DNA from: Octopus vulgaris | Lineage: Eukaryota | Length of the DNA stretch: 64,000 nucleotides | Assembly: GCA_951406725.2 (NCBI GenBank) | Contig: OX597839.1 | Location: 7,502,001 to 7,566,000, forward strand | Direction of reading: 5' to 3' | In this document: positions 13,281-26,913 of the stretch, one piece after another | Numbering within the stretch: position 1 is the stretch's first letter | Layout of the letters: every line of letters begins with the position of its first letter | Notes under the pieces: model-generated | Told to the model about the DNA's origin: nothing | Databases searched by the model: none | The model's input: the letters and a program-made list of their open reading frames with translations, nothing else | Position numbers and translations under genes: made by a program

Positions 13281-13678
13281 GGCGCAGGAGTGGCTGTGTG
13301 GTAAGTAGCTTGCTTACCAACCACATGGTTCTGGGTTCAGTCCCACTGCATGGCACCTTGGGCAAGTGTCTTCTACTATAGCCTCGGGCCGACCAAAGCC
13401 TTGTGAGTGGATTTGGTAGACGGAAACTGAAAAGAAGACCGTCGTATATATGTATATGTATATATATGTGTTTGTGTGAGTCTGTGTGTCTGTGTTTGTC
13501 CCCCCAACATCGCTTGACAACCGATGCTAGTGTGTTTACGTCTCCGTAACTTAGCTGTACGGTTAATCAGACCGACAGAATAAGTACTGGGCTTTCAAAG
13601 TCCTAGGGTCGATTTGCTCGACTAAAGGCAGTGCTCCAGGATGGCCGCAGTCAAATGACTGAAACAATTAAAAGAGTA
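13281..13678 (+). mobile_element. SINE-A, full length
   Basis: Runs from the GGCGCAGGAGTGGCTGTGTGG head to the GACTGAAAC..AAAAGAGTA tail. Confidence 0.92.
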
Positions 13679-13726
<48 letters not shown>

Positions 13727-14347
13727 CGGCCGAAATTGATTTATAAACAATATTATGATAAAGTTTTAAGAAAGTATTTATTTACCGTTACGTTACAAAT
13801 AGCTTGCTTCGACGGGCAGGTCATGTTAAATCCAAAAGCATGCGAAGTAAAGTTTGTGTTTGTGTTCTCTTCATTGTTTAGTAGTAAATACAGGGAGAGA
13901 GAGAATGATGTAAGAGAATAGAATTAGAGCTAGAGAGAATTGTAGGGTATGGGACGTTGCTGACAGTAAACTTCATTTCTCCCTCTGACCAAAGTTCTAG
14001 CGGGTCAGCCAGACTTCGTTCTCAATGAGTCGTCACCGCAGTGACTAATCGATTTTTGCCTGGGGTGTGATTGCTTAAATAACTATCCAGAAGGATAGAT
14101 ATATAATTGAGAACAATAGATTTAGTTGTTGGCCTTGTTATCTGTATTCTAGCTTTTAGTGAAGTAGAAGAAGTTAGAAAGGGTCAAGTAGTGAAGACAT
14201 TATTTTGGCCTAGCTAAAGGCATCTGGAAAATGTAAAACTGCCGTCAGAAAAAAAATTATTGTTCCATCGTGGGAAAAGTTCTGTTGCAGTGTTAAATTA
14301 AATTTGGCTGTGGTGGATCGAATCCACTTCATGCATGCAAGATTCAC

Positions 14348-14454
<107 letters not shown>

Positions 14455-15631
14455 TAGCAATAATTATAATAATAAAAAATATGGAAAATGATGCATACTC
14501 GAAATGTATTTCCTTTTATTTTACAATGTCATGCAGCAGATTTTTATGGTTACGACGACCTACACGTGTTTCTGCTGCACGGAGGACGAGTATTTGCATG
14601 TGTAGCGGAAGCCTCATGATTATGAGCCCAATGTTCTAATCGCTGAGCCACTAGCACTCTTATATCATATGTGTCTGTGTGAGAGCGATTACGTGTGTAT
14701 ATATATTTCTGAAATCATTAAAATCTCAGCTATCAAATCATAATTTGAAAAATTGTGTTATTCTCATTTTGCAAGCATGGAACTGATAGCTGGATACCTT
14801 GTTATGACGAAAATTAGTAGATTAATGGCCTCCACTATTAGTGCTATCTCGTTGAGATAATATATTTATAATATGTAAATAACATGTGGAGAAGAGGAAA
14901 TACTTATCATAAAGGAAATATTTCTCTCTGAACTTAATACACCCGACACCCTACTTACAACCTTCAGTTTTTCTTTATGACTATTTTATATATTTATTTA
15001 TATCATATGGCATTGTATATGTGTGTGTCTGTGTGAGAGTGTAGTTTTTGTGGGTAAGTGTGTGGAAGTGTGTGAGTGTATGTATTTATGTGTTTAGGTA
15101 TGGTATGTAGTTTTGCTAGCATTGTCAATGTTCCCTCTTCTTTTCTCTAAGCTGCATGATCTTCTGTTATCTCTCATTCCATCTGTGATCTCATTTCTTC
15201 AACCCACACGCCAATCCAATCGCTGCACCCGTTCACCTGATTTCGTACGATCCAGTTTCGAACTCACACCTTTCTCTCCTATCTGTATATATCCCCAACA
15301 CAGACAGCAATAATGGTCCCAAAACTTGCTTTGGGCCATTAACGTCGTAGGGGCGCCATCGTGACGTACGATATATCTTGGGCCTCGTAACCTCATGATG
15401 ACTTCTCCTATCTTATCTTACCTTCTTTTTTCCTTTCTTCCTTTCGTTCTTTCTTTCTTTCTTTCTTTCTTTCTCACTCCGTGAAGTGTTTTCAGATACC
15501 CGCATACCTAAGCTGGTTCTTTTAGAGAGAGGCGGAGAAAGGGAAGGACACAAGAACTGATCCCGTACTGAATAAATATAGTACAAATTATATTTATCGA
15601 TCTGAAGGAGATCAAACGCAAAATGTTTCAC

Positions 15632-15765
15632 TGGCACTTAATTTATCGACCCCGAAAGGATGAAAGTCAAAGTCGGCCTTAGCGGAATTTGAACTCAAAA
15701 CGTAAGAACGGACGAAATGCCATAGTGGCACTCTGTCCGGCGTGCCAACGATTCTGCTTGCTCAC
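15632..15765 (-). mobile_element. SINE-B fragment
   Basis: Contains ATCGACCCCGAAAGGATGAAAG...GAATTTGAACTC. Confidence 0.8.
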
Positions 15766-15822
15766 CATTGGCCACAAAGGCCCAGGACATTGTGGACAAT
15801 ATCAAAGAACTAAATATAACAT

Positions 15823-16210
15823 ACGGCTGTGTGGTAAGTAGCTTGTTTACCAACCACATGGTTCCGGGTTCAGTCCTACAGCGTGGCACTTTGGGCAAGT
15901 ATCTTGTGCTATAGCCTCGGGCCGACCAATGCCTTGTGAGTGGATTTGGTAGACGGAAACTGAAAGAAGCCCGTTGTATATATGTGTATGTATATATATG
16001 TGTGTGTGTGAGTTTGTGTGTCTGTGTTTGTCCCCCCAACATCGCTTGACAACCGATGCTAGTGTGTTTACGTCTCCGTAACTTAGCTGTACGGCAAATC
16101 AGACCGACAGAATAAGTACTGGGCTTACAAAGTCCTAGGGTCGATTTGCTCGACTAAAGGCAGTGCTCCAGGATGGCCGCAGTCAAATGACTGAAACAAG
16201 TAAAAGAGTA
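15823..16210 (+). mobile_element. SINE-A, near full length
   Basis: Matches the family along its whole length. Confidence 0.92.
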
Positions 16211-16446
16211 AGACAGCAGAAAATTCTATTACCTGGACGTTCGAACTGCTAAAAATAGCAGCTATCATTGAAATTACACTGAATAATAAATAATAAAGAA
16301 AAATAAATTAGACAACGAAGTGTGTGAAAAATTTTTGACAGTTGATGGTAAAGGTGGGATTGTCTTTTGCTCATGTGTTTGCAAACAACAAAAGCAATAA
16401 CTACAAAACAGTAACAACAAAACAACTAATACTACCACCACCATCA

Positions 16447-16478
<32 letters not shown>

Positions 16479-16577
16479 TAGCAGCTGTTACTTCAGAATC
16501 ACCGTCACCACCACGTCGATGACGGCGACGACGACGAGGATTGCGCATAGCAGTAGCAGAGAGCCTGAGGTAGTTAT

Positions 16578-16842
16578 GGTGCTGGTGGTGGTGGTGGTGC
16601 TGGTGGCGGCGGCGGCGGTGGCGGTGGAAACGGCGGCGGTGGTGGTGCTGGTGGTGCTGGTGGTGCTGGTGCTGGTGGTGGTGCTGGTGGCGGCGGCGGC
16701 GGTGGCGGCGGTGGAAACGGCGGCGGTGGTGGTGCTGGTGCTGGTGGTGCTGGTGCTGGTGCTGGTGCTGGTGCTGGTGGCGGCGGTGGCGGTGGCGGCG
16801 GTGGAAACGGCGGTGGTGGTGGTGGTGGTGGTGGTGGTGGTG
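16578..16842. repeat. GC-rich (GGT/GGC/GCT)n low-complexity region with a three-fold higher-order unit marked by GGTGGAAACGGCGG
   Basis: The marker occurs at ~16624, ~16710 and ~16800. Confidence 0.85.
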
Positions 16843-17537
16843 TAGGCGTCGGGTGAGCCGTTGATGCCTTCAGCAGCGACTACTGATATGTCAGCGACAA
16901 CAGCGGCGGCGGCCCCTAGCGATACTGACGGACATCAACTAATCGCTTCCGGTTTGCACCTCTGACACCTTATCTGTTAATGACGTCTGCAGAAACGGTT
17001 TTAGTTCTTCATTTATTTATTTATTAATAATTTTTAATTTTTAGCTTTTTTTTTTTTTTCACTCATGAGCACAATTCAACTCTGTTTCTCACTTCCTAAC
17101 ATGCGAAAACAAATTCTGAAATAAATAAATAAATAAATACCTAAAATAAATAAATAATCAATTAATATTTGTTTCTAATTAATTATTAGCGATGGAAACA
17201 GTATTAGTACCGAAAGGTAATCTTTAAATCCAACTAAACATGGATAGCTAGTTAGAACACCGAATACTACGTTGTTAGCCTTGAGAGAACCTCTCATTTA
17301 GTCTCTTGGTGTATAAAAGTACACAGATAGATCATAGCAGCCCTCCAATAGAGTGAAATCACGTCATATGGGAATTCTGGCGTCCATGATGGACAAATTT
17401 CTTCTGCTACGATTGTATAGGGGCTTTTATGCCCCAAACACCTAAATGAGAAGATCTTTCATGACTAATAACGCAATATTCGGGATTCTAACAATGCATC
17501 TGTGTTAAATACTCAGTACTCGACTGCTATTTTACTA

Positions 17538-17790
17538 TTGTTTGTTCCTTCTCGAGTCATGCCTGGCTCATAAAGGGCTGGTTTCCCGGTTTCATTGGCG
17601 GATGGGACGTCGGTCCATTGCAGGTGAGCTACTAGATACAGCAGGAAAGAGTGAGAGAAAGTTGTGGCGAATGAGTCAGCAGATGTTCGCCATTACCTTC
17701 TGCTGGAGCCGCGTAGAGCTTAGGTGTTTTGCTCATAAACACACACATCGCCCGGTCTGAGATTCGACCCTCGACCTAACCACTAGGCCA
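17538..17790 (-). mobile_element. SINE family D (tRNA-like head with internal deletion)
   Basis: Minus strand reads TGGCCTAGTGGTTAGG..GGGTCGAATCTC (A/B boxes) then TGTGTTTATGAGCAAAACACCTAA; the tail differs from families A-C. Confidence 0.7.
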
Positions 17791-18280
17791 TTTTACTATA
17801 TAAACTGGCATTAATCGGCGGGATTTGATCTTGGAATGTTAAAAAACAGGATAATATCGCAACATATTAGCGATGTAAAGATGTGCACGACCACCCTTGG
17901 ACGGTTTTGAATAACCATAGAAAGTGCGAGCCCTCTAACTGAAAAAATGTGGATTTGTATGAAGGATACACACACACACAGACATACATTTTGCCGTTTA
18001 TATATAGAGAGATATATAAACTGAAGTCACAATATATTGATTCGATTAAGCCGGTAGTACTCATAAAAAAAGCTCCTTAAAAATATTGTACAAACTATAC
18101 ACAGCATGTAAGTACGTTACAAGAGAAAACTATAAGGAATGTACCAAGTTGTAAATGACGAGAGAATTATGATAAAATTTATTTAATTACTGAAAATTCT
18201 TGTCATAACAATTGTTTCGTAACTTAATAAAACATGCAAAGATAATTTATTTTATTATGTTTTATAATAATTATGGAAAG

Positions 18281-19015
18281 GGATCTTTTCGGTTTGAACG
18301 GCAGTTTTTTCTAGCGGTGTCATATGAAATTGTCACCCATAATTATGACCCTAGTATCGATCTATTGCATTTCAATCTGTTTTAGGGATAGGGTTAGTTA
18401 GGGTTAGTTAGGGTTAGTGTTAGGAGTGGGGGGAGGGTATCTTTTTTTCTTCACAAATGTAAATAAACCCAATCTGTTTCTTAAACGAGGGACATATTCA
18501 TACGGCACAGAATGTTTTTTTTTTTACCTCAATGGACGTCAGTGATTGGTTGAAATTGCAGAAATTGAAGAAGAAAACAACAAATATCTTACAAAGTATA
18601 GAATTTTCGGTTTGAACGGCAGTTTTTTCTAGCGGTGTCATATGAAATTGTCACCCAAAATCATGACCCTAGTATCGATCTGTTGCATTTCAATCTGTTT
18701 TAGGGTTAGTTAGGGTTGGGGTTAGGGGTGGAAGGAAGGTTTTTTTTTTCTTCACAAATGTAAATAAACCCAATCTGTTTCTTAAACGAAGGACATATTC
18801 ATACGGCACAGAATGTTTTCACCTTAACAGACGTCATTGATTGGTTGAAATTGAAGAAAATAAACAACAAATATCTCACAAACTATAGAATTTTCTCAAT
18901 AAAGCCAATAGAAAAAGATGTTTTATAAACACATTCTACCAGTATACGAAGTTTAAAAGTGTTTAGTTACGTGGAAATTATTTAAAAAAAACTGCCGTTC
19001 AAACCGAAAAGATCT
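18281..19015 (+). mobile_element. Merlin-like MITE with TTAGGG tract; composite of a 3'-truncated copy and a near-complete copy
   Basis: TIR GGATCTTTTCGGTTTGAACGGCAGTTTTT at 18281, restart of the TIR at 18604, right TIR ending at 19015. No TSD is visible. Confidence 0.88.
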
Positions 19016-19227
19016 AGTCTTTGAAATCCATACAGATATTGAGCTAGCTCATCGAGCGAGAAAAGATATGTGTGAAAAGCAAAATTCACCTCATCAAGAT
19101 TTGAACAGAGGGCACAGAGAATAGGAACAACTAGCTTAATTTCTTATTCATCACTATAATGACTTTGATCATTTGCTGCCTTTAGGAGCATATAGGTCAA
19201 TGTAAAATGTTATAGTTTGTAAAGGTA

Positions 19228-19410
19228 AGCTGCTGGCGGGATCATTAGCACGCCGGTCAAAATGCTTAGCAGTATTTCATCCATTTTTACGTTCTGAGTT
19301 TAAATTCTGCCAAGGACCACTTTGCTTTCGTAGATAAAATAAGTAACGCTTGAACCCTTAGGACAATGTAGTCGACTTAACTCTATTCCGAAATTGCTAA
19401 CCTTGAACCA
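19228..19410 (+). mobile_element. Old, degraded SINE-B-related copy
   Basis: Contains TTAGCACGCCGG..AAATGCTTAGC..ACGTTCTGAGTT. Confidence 0.7.
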
Positions 19411-19800
19411 ATATTTCGTATCAATATATCATAGTCTGAAGCAGTGAGGTCACCACCGAGGTATATATGGCTGCTATTTCCAGCAGGCCTTGTTCTAACA
19501 TAAGGAATGGCTCATTGACATGTTTTATACAAAAATTTTACTCCTCATCCCGTATTATACTATCCCCTCCACCCTACACACACACACACATACACTCAAT
19601 TCACATTTGGAAATTAAGTGCCATTTTTAGGAACGTGAATGAGATTTTGTTTCTCGAAACTGAGTGTATGAAAACATCCCTTCCTTCTTCACAAACTTCC
19701 GAAAGATAGAAACGCTAACCACATGGATATCACTATTTCAGACAAACACATGTATATACATACATACATACATACATACGTACATATTTCTCTCTACTAC

Positions 19801-19887
<87 letters not shown>

Positions 19888-19934
19888 CTTAATAAAAAGG
19901 GTTCAGCAAAGATTTGCTTTTCCACATACCGAAG

Positions 19935-19988
<54 letters not shown>

Positions 19989-20115
19989 TATATATGTGTT
20001 CGTGTGTGTGTGTGTGTACATATACATACAGTCGTACACATATTTGGGTATCTTACACATATAATTGCATGTGTATACATGCATGTGATTATATATACAC
20101 TTACAAAAACACATG

Positions 20116-20137
20116 TATCTATCTATCTATCTTCTAC

Positions 20138-20205
<68 letters not shown>

Positions 20206-20287
20206 ATATATATATATATAGAGAGAGAGACAGACAGACAGACAGAGAGACAGAGAGAGACAGAGAGAGAGACAGAGAGAGACAGAG

Positions 20288-20379
<92 letters not shown>

Positions 20380-20380
20380 G
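20116..20380. repeat. (TCTA)n ... (TAGA)n microsatellites in opposite orientation
   Basis: Read directly from sequence. Confidence 0.9.
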
Positions 20381-20386
20381 CATGTA

Positions 20387-20422
<36 letters not shown>

Positions 20423-20610
20423 TATATGTTTGTTTTATTAACTGTTTTATGCATGGACATTTCTGTAAAGGCGTATAGGTTAGCTTAAATGACAGTGAAT
20501 TGCACCGAATCCAGAAGTATCCAGTTTCACGATTATTGCGAACTTCCTTCAAAATATCCTTTTGTTCTAGGATAGTACCGAACCGTCATAAAACCTACAC
20601 GCGTGCTCAT

Positions 20611-20673
20611 GATGATTATACCCGGTCATATACTGGGGTTAGTGACCCCAGTACATGACCGGGTATAATAATC
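20611..20673. other. Near-perfect 63-bp palindrome/hairpin
   Basis: ATTATACCCGGTCATATACTGGGGT-TAGTG-ACCCCAGTACATGACCGGGTATAAT has 25-bp arms with one mismatch, extendable to 29 bp with two. Confidence 0.9.
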
Positions 20674-20979
20674 CCTATCTTCCGCCCACACGCATTAAAC
20701 TCTTTTGTTAATCTAACACGCAAAGATGGAATGATCAAATTCATAACGAAATTAAGCAATCGGTCAAATATTCGGAGAGGAAGGAAGGGGAAAAAAAACC
20801 CCACAAGTTTTGTTACGGAGTGGGAAAACGATGACCCCAGCCTCGATTATTAGGACTGGTTAAAAACAACAAAGCAATTCAGTACATAACACTTCGTCAT
20901 CTGTGTTTCTAGGTGCGTGGGTACGTAGATACGAACGCCCACTCCCTCGAGCACAAACAGAGATTGATAAATGTTTATG

Positions 20980-21058
<79 letters not shown>

Positions 21059-21061
21059 ATA

Positions 21062-21093
<32 letters not shown>

Positions 21094-21125
21094 CGTACAT
21101 ATATATATGTATATATGTATATATG

Positions 21126-21236
<111 letters not shown>

Positions 21237-21383
21237 CGAGGAAACATTTTAAAAAGGCAGAATGCTAAATTGAAAGTTAATTTTAATAAAAATGGGTGTA
21301 TGGAAATTTTTAAAATAATTAAAAAATATTATAAAAAAATATTTTAAAAATTTTATTAAAAATATCTTTAAAAATATTTAAAA

Positions 21384-21443
<60 letters not shown>

Positions 21444-21462
21444 GCGTAAATGTTTATTCGTT

Positions 21463-21693
21463 TATTCTTTTGTTCTTCTATTTGTTTCAGTGATTTGACT
21501 GCGACCATGCTGGAGCATCAACTTTAGTCGAGTAAATCGACCCTGGGACCTATTCTTTGTAAGCCTTGTACTTATTCTATCGGTCTTTTTTGCCGAACCG
21601 TTAGGTTACTGGGACGTAGACACACCAGCATCGGTTGTCAGGCGATGATGAGGCGACAAACACAGACACACAAACATATACACATACAAACAT

Positions 21694-21741
<48 letters not shown>

Positions 21742-21897
21742 GACGGTCTTTCAATTTCTGTCTACCAAATCCTTTCACAAGGCTTTGGTCGTCCTGAGGC
21801 TATAACTGACGACATTTGCCCAATGCGCCATGCAGTGGGACTGAACCCAGAACCCGGAATCATGTTCTTGGTAAGCAAGCTATTTCTACACAGCCAC
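21463..21897 (-). mobile_element. SINE-A
   Basis: Matches family A. Confidence 0.88.
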
Positions 21898-21957
21898 TTG
21901 TTTTTAACCAGTCCTAATAATCGAGGCTGGGTCATCATAATATCTATATGTATGTTC

Positions 21958-22004
<47 letters not shown>

Positions 22005-22195
22005 TGTGTGTGCATAGAAGCATATATATACATATATATATAATCGCCTTCATACATTCTTATAAATGTTTACACATACACACGCGCGTGCACATGCACA
22101 CAGCATTATATACACTTATGAGTGTATATGCATGTATGTATAAATATATATCAATCTCTATGTCCAAGTTTTAGAATATATTTACAAATATATGC

Positions 22196-22244
<49 letters not shown>

Positions 22245-22271
22245 TGTATATATATACATATATGTATATAT

Positions 22272-22360
<89 letters not shown>

Positions 22361-22642
22361 CATACATGCATACATATATATGTATATATATACATACATA
22401 ACATACATACATATGGATGAGTATGTCAAATATTATGTAAGTAATAGTATCGCCCATAATCAGAAGCGGCGCTGATATCAAGCGGCCATGCGTCATTGCG
22501 CTTCAAGTTTATGTTTCTTCCTCGGAATCAGACTGATAGTTTACACTCTCCCTCTTTCTCTATCACTATCTGTTTCCCTCTCACACTCATACTCCTACGC
22601 TCTTTTCGTCCATCCCTCAATATCTCTGTCTGTCTGTCAGTT

Positions 22643-22694
<52 letters not shown>

Positions 22695-23738
22695 ACATAT
22701 GTCATTATATCCTACACTGTCTGCTCGTTTGTGTGTGACTTATCCCAATTCTGTGATGCTATCATTCCCAGTGATCTTATATTGTTCATTCGACACTCTT
22801 AATGCTTCTTCTAACTAACCAACAACCCCGCCCACGGGCGCGTAATGGATTCCCCTAAACACACACATACATACACACACAAAAATAAACACACAAGCAC
22901 AAACACACGCACAAATAAACAAACACACATATATACATATACATATACATATACATGTATGTATACATATAAGTATATATATATATGTGTATATATGTAT
23001 ATACATAAATATATTTATATATATGTAAGTATATATGTATATATATATATATCTACATACATACATGTACGCATATGTATATGTATAAATGTATATTTAT
23101 ATATATATACGTGTGTGTGTGTGTGTGTGTGTATAAATATATATTTGTATATGTATATATGTATGTATGCATATATATATATACATACACCCACACACTC
23201 ACATACTCACTGGCTGTCAACTAACATATACCGAGTCAGATAGTCATAAACACATATATACGCACATACATACTTAATTTCACATGTGAAAATATGCGCA
23301 TATATATGCGTGTTTCTGTATGAATTTATGCATTTATGTGTATATGTATGTATCTAAGTATATATGTGTGTGTCAGAGGCATTAGTGTGTAGGTGTATAT
23401 ATATACGTTTACATACGTGTGTAACTAAATAGTCTCATAAATAAAAACCTAATTGTCTACGGCCCCAACACACACCTAGTTTTGTGAGACTGTATAAATT
23501 CATAAATATAAACCGGAACTTATATACACAGAAATGGACATGCATTTATACATATACACATACACAGACATACAGTCATACATATATCATTATGTATTTA
23601 AATACGTTGGCCACCTCATACATAGGAATCTATATCCGCACATTTATGTGCGGATATTCTTTTCTCTCTTAAATATCATGTTTATATTCCCTTCTGGCAA
23701 TTATATAATATCTACGTGTATGTATGTGTATATATATA

Positions 23739-24414
23739 GGGAGAGTTTACGAAAAAAACAAAAGACGAAGACAGGTGGTGTACAAAACACACAGATGTAT
23801 TAGTATAACGCTCGGGAATAGAAAAAGTCGTTTACGTTTCGAGCCTACGCTCTTCTACAGAAAGGGACACAGAAAAAAACAAGGAGAGAAAAAAAATAAT
23901 ACAAAATGGTACAAGAACGCAAATGATACAAAAAGGGACAACAAAATATACAGATGGACGATACAAAAAAACAAGGATGGGTCATTCGAAGATTCCTATC
24001 CTCAGTCAAGAACCGGATCATCCTCACAATTTCGGCTGATTAATATTGAGATTACTCCAATCTGGCCAGCCCCAAGTAAAAACTAAGCTCAGAGCATTAG
24101 ATTCCTTGGAAGAAAGCATCGAATTTATACAGAAACAAGGACGGAAAAACAAATGAAGTTTAAAAAAATATAAATACGAAATACAATAAAAAAAATAATA
24201 ATAATAACAGGACATAACAACAGGTTGTCCGGATGTTTTGCTGAACCCAACACGTTTCTCCCTTCTCTCTCAATTTATTTCCAGTTATTACTTTCTGTCA
24301 AAGAACGTAGGCTCGAAACGTTGGCTTGACTTTTTCCTTTTCCTGACCGTCAAACTAATATACTTGCTTGCTGTTCCTATACCAGTCTTCGTCGTCTATT
24401 TTTCTATAAATTTA

Positions 24415-24418
<4 letters not shown>
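23739..24418. mobile_element. Cluster of Penelope/retrozyme-like remnants: the ~180-bp hammerhead-like element (minus, 23739-~23896), a second family (~23915-24220, also at ~29360-29478) and a diverged plus copy (~24250-24418)
   Basis: Shares sequence with 25739, 29524 and 48945; has (TA)n flanks and an inverted arrangement. The class assignment is inference. Confidence 0.7.
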
Positions 24419-24453
<35 letters not shown>

Positions 24454-24865
24454 TATCCTTTATTAAACTTTTAATACTTTTGATATTTAAAAAAAATATA
24501 TATAAAAAAAAAAAATTAATTAATTAATTAATTAATTAATAAAATAATATATAAATATAAAAATATACATACATACATATATATATATATATATTTGTAT
24601 ATATATATAAAATTTATAAGTTTAATTATTTAAATAATTTTTTCTTTTTACTTTTATATTTTTAAATTAATTTTATGTATTGTCTTATGTTTTTCACTGT
24701 TTGATTTGCCTAATAGTGGTTTTATCTCTAATTTAATATAATATAATATATTTATACTATAAAATTGGATTTAATCCTAAATCTAATTTTTCCCTGTAAG
24801 TTTGGATTTATTCCCTAATATCATTATTATTAATTTATATATATATATATAGCTAAATATACATC

Positions 24866-25260
24866 TGTGTGGTAAGTAGCTTGCTTACCAACCACATGGT
24901 TCCATGTTCAGTCCCACTGCGTGGCACCTTGGGCAAGTGCCTTCTACTATAGCCTCGGGTCGACCAAAGCCTTGTGAGTGGATTTGGTAGACAGAAATTG
25001 AAAGAAACCCGTCGTATATGTATGTATATGTATATTTATGTGTGTGTGCTTGAGTGTCTGTGCTTGTCTCCGCCCCCAACATCGCTTGACAACAGATGTT
25101 GGGGTGTTTACGTCCCCGTAACATTAGCGTTTCGGCAAAAGACACCGATAAAATAATGTACTTGGCTTACAAGGAATAAGTCCTGGGGTCGATTTCCTCG
25201 ACTAAATACGGTGCTCCAGCATGGCAACAGTCAAATGACTGAAACAAGTAAATAAGTAAA
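24866..25260 (+). mobile_element. SINE-A
   Basis: Matches family A. Confidence 0.9.
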
Positions 25261-25279
25261 AGCGTGTATATATGTACAC

Positions 25280-25356
<77 letters not shown>

Positions 25357-25669
25357 CTTATGTATAAGGGTATTTGTATGCCTGAATTTTGTCCTGTATT
25401 AAAAGCAGTTAGAGGTGAGTTTTCCAGGAGTGTATTTCATGTCGGAAATGTCTTTTAGCTTATCAATAATTTACGTGAGGCAACGAAATAAGGAGTGCTT
25501 GAGTAAGTCTCAAGCAAGATAGCACATCTGCTTCAAGCATTTCCCCCACCACCCCAATTGGCAGTCATTTTGGTACGTTGCCCCATATAAAACCCATAAA
25601 CTAAATATTGTTAAGAGCAGACAGGAGAACTAGTAATAATATAATTAGTTAGGTCTTTCGATGTGATGT

Positions 25670-25738
<69 letters not shown>

Positions 25739-25740
<2 letters not shown>

Positions 25741-25915
25741 TCGTTAGCCACTACACACATTTTTTCCTCTCCTTGTTTTTTCTGTGTCCCTTTCTGTAGA
25801 AGATCGTAGGCTCGAAACATCAAAGACTTTTTCTATTCCTGAGTGTTATACTAATACATCTGTTTGTTTTGTACACCACCTGTCTTCGTCTTTTGTTTCT
25901 TCCGTAAACTCTCCC
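25739..25915 (+). mobile_element. ~180-bp element embedded in (TA)n, with hammerhead-like motif
   Basis: GATCGTTAGCC...AAACTCTCCC is bounded by (TA)n on both sides; motif at 25790-25825. Confidence 0.8.
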
Positions 25916-26048
25916 TATATATATATATTAATAAGGATAATATCGTTAATTTAAAGGAGGAGTTATGAGGCGGGCAATTTAAACTGGTCGTGTTGAATAC
26001 GTGCATGTATATGTATGTATACTTTCGTATATGTAAGTATTCGTGTGT

Positions 26049-26147
<99 letters not shown>

Positions 26148-26390
26148 TTATGTTACTATCTGCGTATATTCCACTGAAGAGGCAAAGCATTTCTTATGCA
26201 AAGCTAGAAATCCGGGATCTGGAATTATCCAGTAATTCTTTGCTAGTTTATTTTGTCTTTTCGTATTCTCTCCTGGTGCTGTATGAACATTTAATGTGGC
26301 TTTAGAGTCAGGTTTTGGCTGGCTGCTATTTCTAGCGTGGCGGTATCTCTGAGATACCCTAAATTATAATTTATATATATATATTTATAC

Positions 26391-26447
<57 letters not shown>

Positions 26448-26913
26448 CACATACATATATACATATATACATGAACACACACATATATAATTATATATGA
26501 CGATATTACTGACTACCACTCATAGACATTTATTTTATCAAGATTATATAATGAATTATTACTTGGCTCTTTTTTCTGCTTCTGCTTGAACAATACGCCA
26601 TCTGCTCGAGATTTTTAACAAGGTTATTGTATCACGTTACTAAACGTTTAACTGCCTTTAGTTCCACAACGGCTGATGAGCTCGTTACTGCTTGGAATTA
26701 TGAGCAAATTCCAGGAGGTCTTTAGCTACAAATATTTATTGTTTCCTATATGTGGTTTATTTGAGCGCCTTCTGGTTTGTTCGATTCGTAAAGATATAAA
26801 TGCTTCGCATCGATCACCTGTTGGGTATGTGAGCTCTCTTGGCAGCTAAATCTTTTCAGACGTGCTACAATGTATTGCATATTCGTGCGCGCTTATCTAC
26901 TTATCATATACCC

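Noticed and set aside
13281-13355. SINE heads as functional tRNA genes
   Set aside because: A and B boxes are present, but there is no complete cloverleaf and they continue into SINE bodies.
15199-15396. Minus-strand ORF MRLRGPRY... with an internal GT|GTGAGT donor-like site
   Set aside because: It is short, has no recognisable homology, and I found no phase-compatible downstream exon.
18381-18436. TTAGGG repeats as a true telomere or chromosome fusion site
   Set aside because: There are only a few degenerate units, always at the same position inside a MITE.
21300-21390. Almost pure A/T non-periodic stretch between (TA)n tracts (similar at ~24460-24670)
   Set aside because: It may be low-quality consensus next to TA hairpins; no structure can be supported.
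26671-26725. CTGATGA-GCTC...GAGC-AAA hammerhead-like motif
   Set aside because: It lacks G12 of GAAA and has no convincing stems I and III; at most a decayed remnant.
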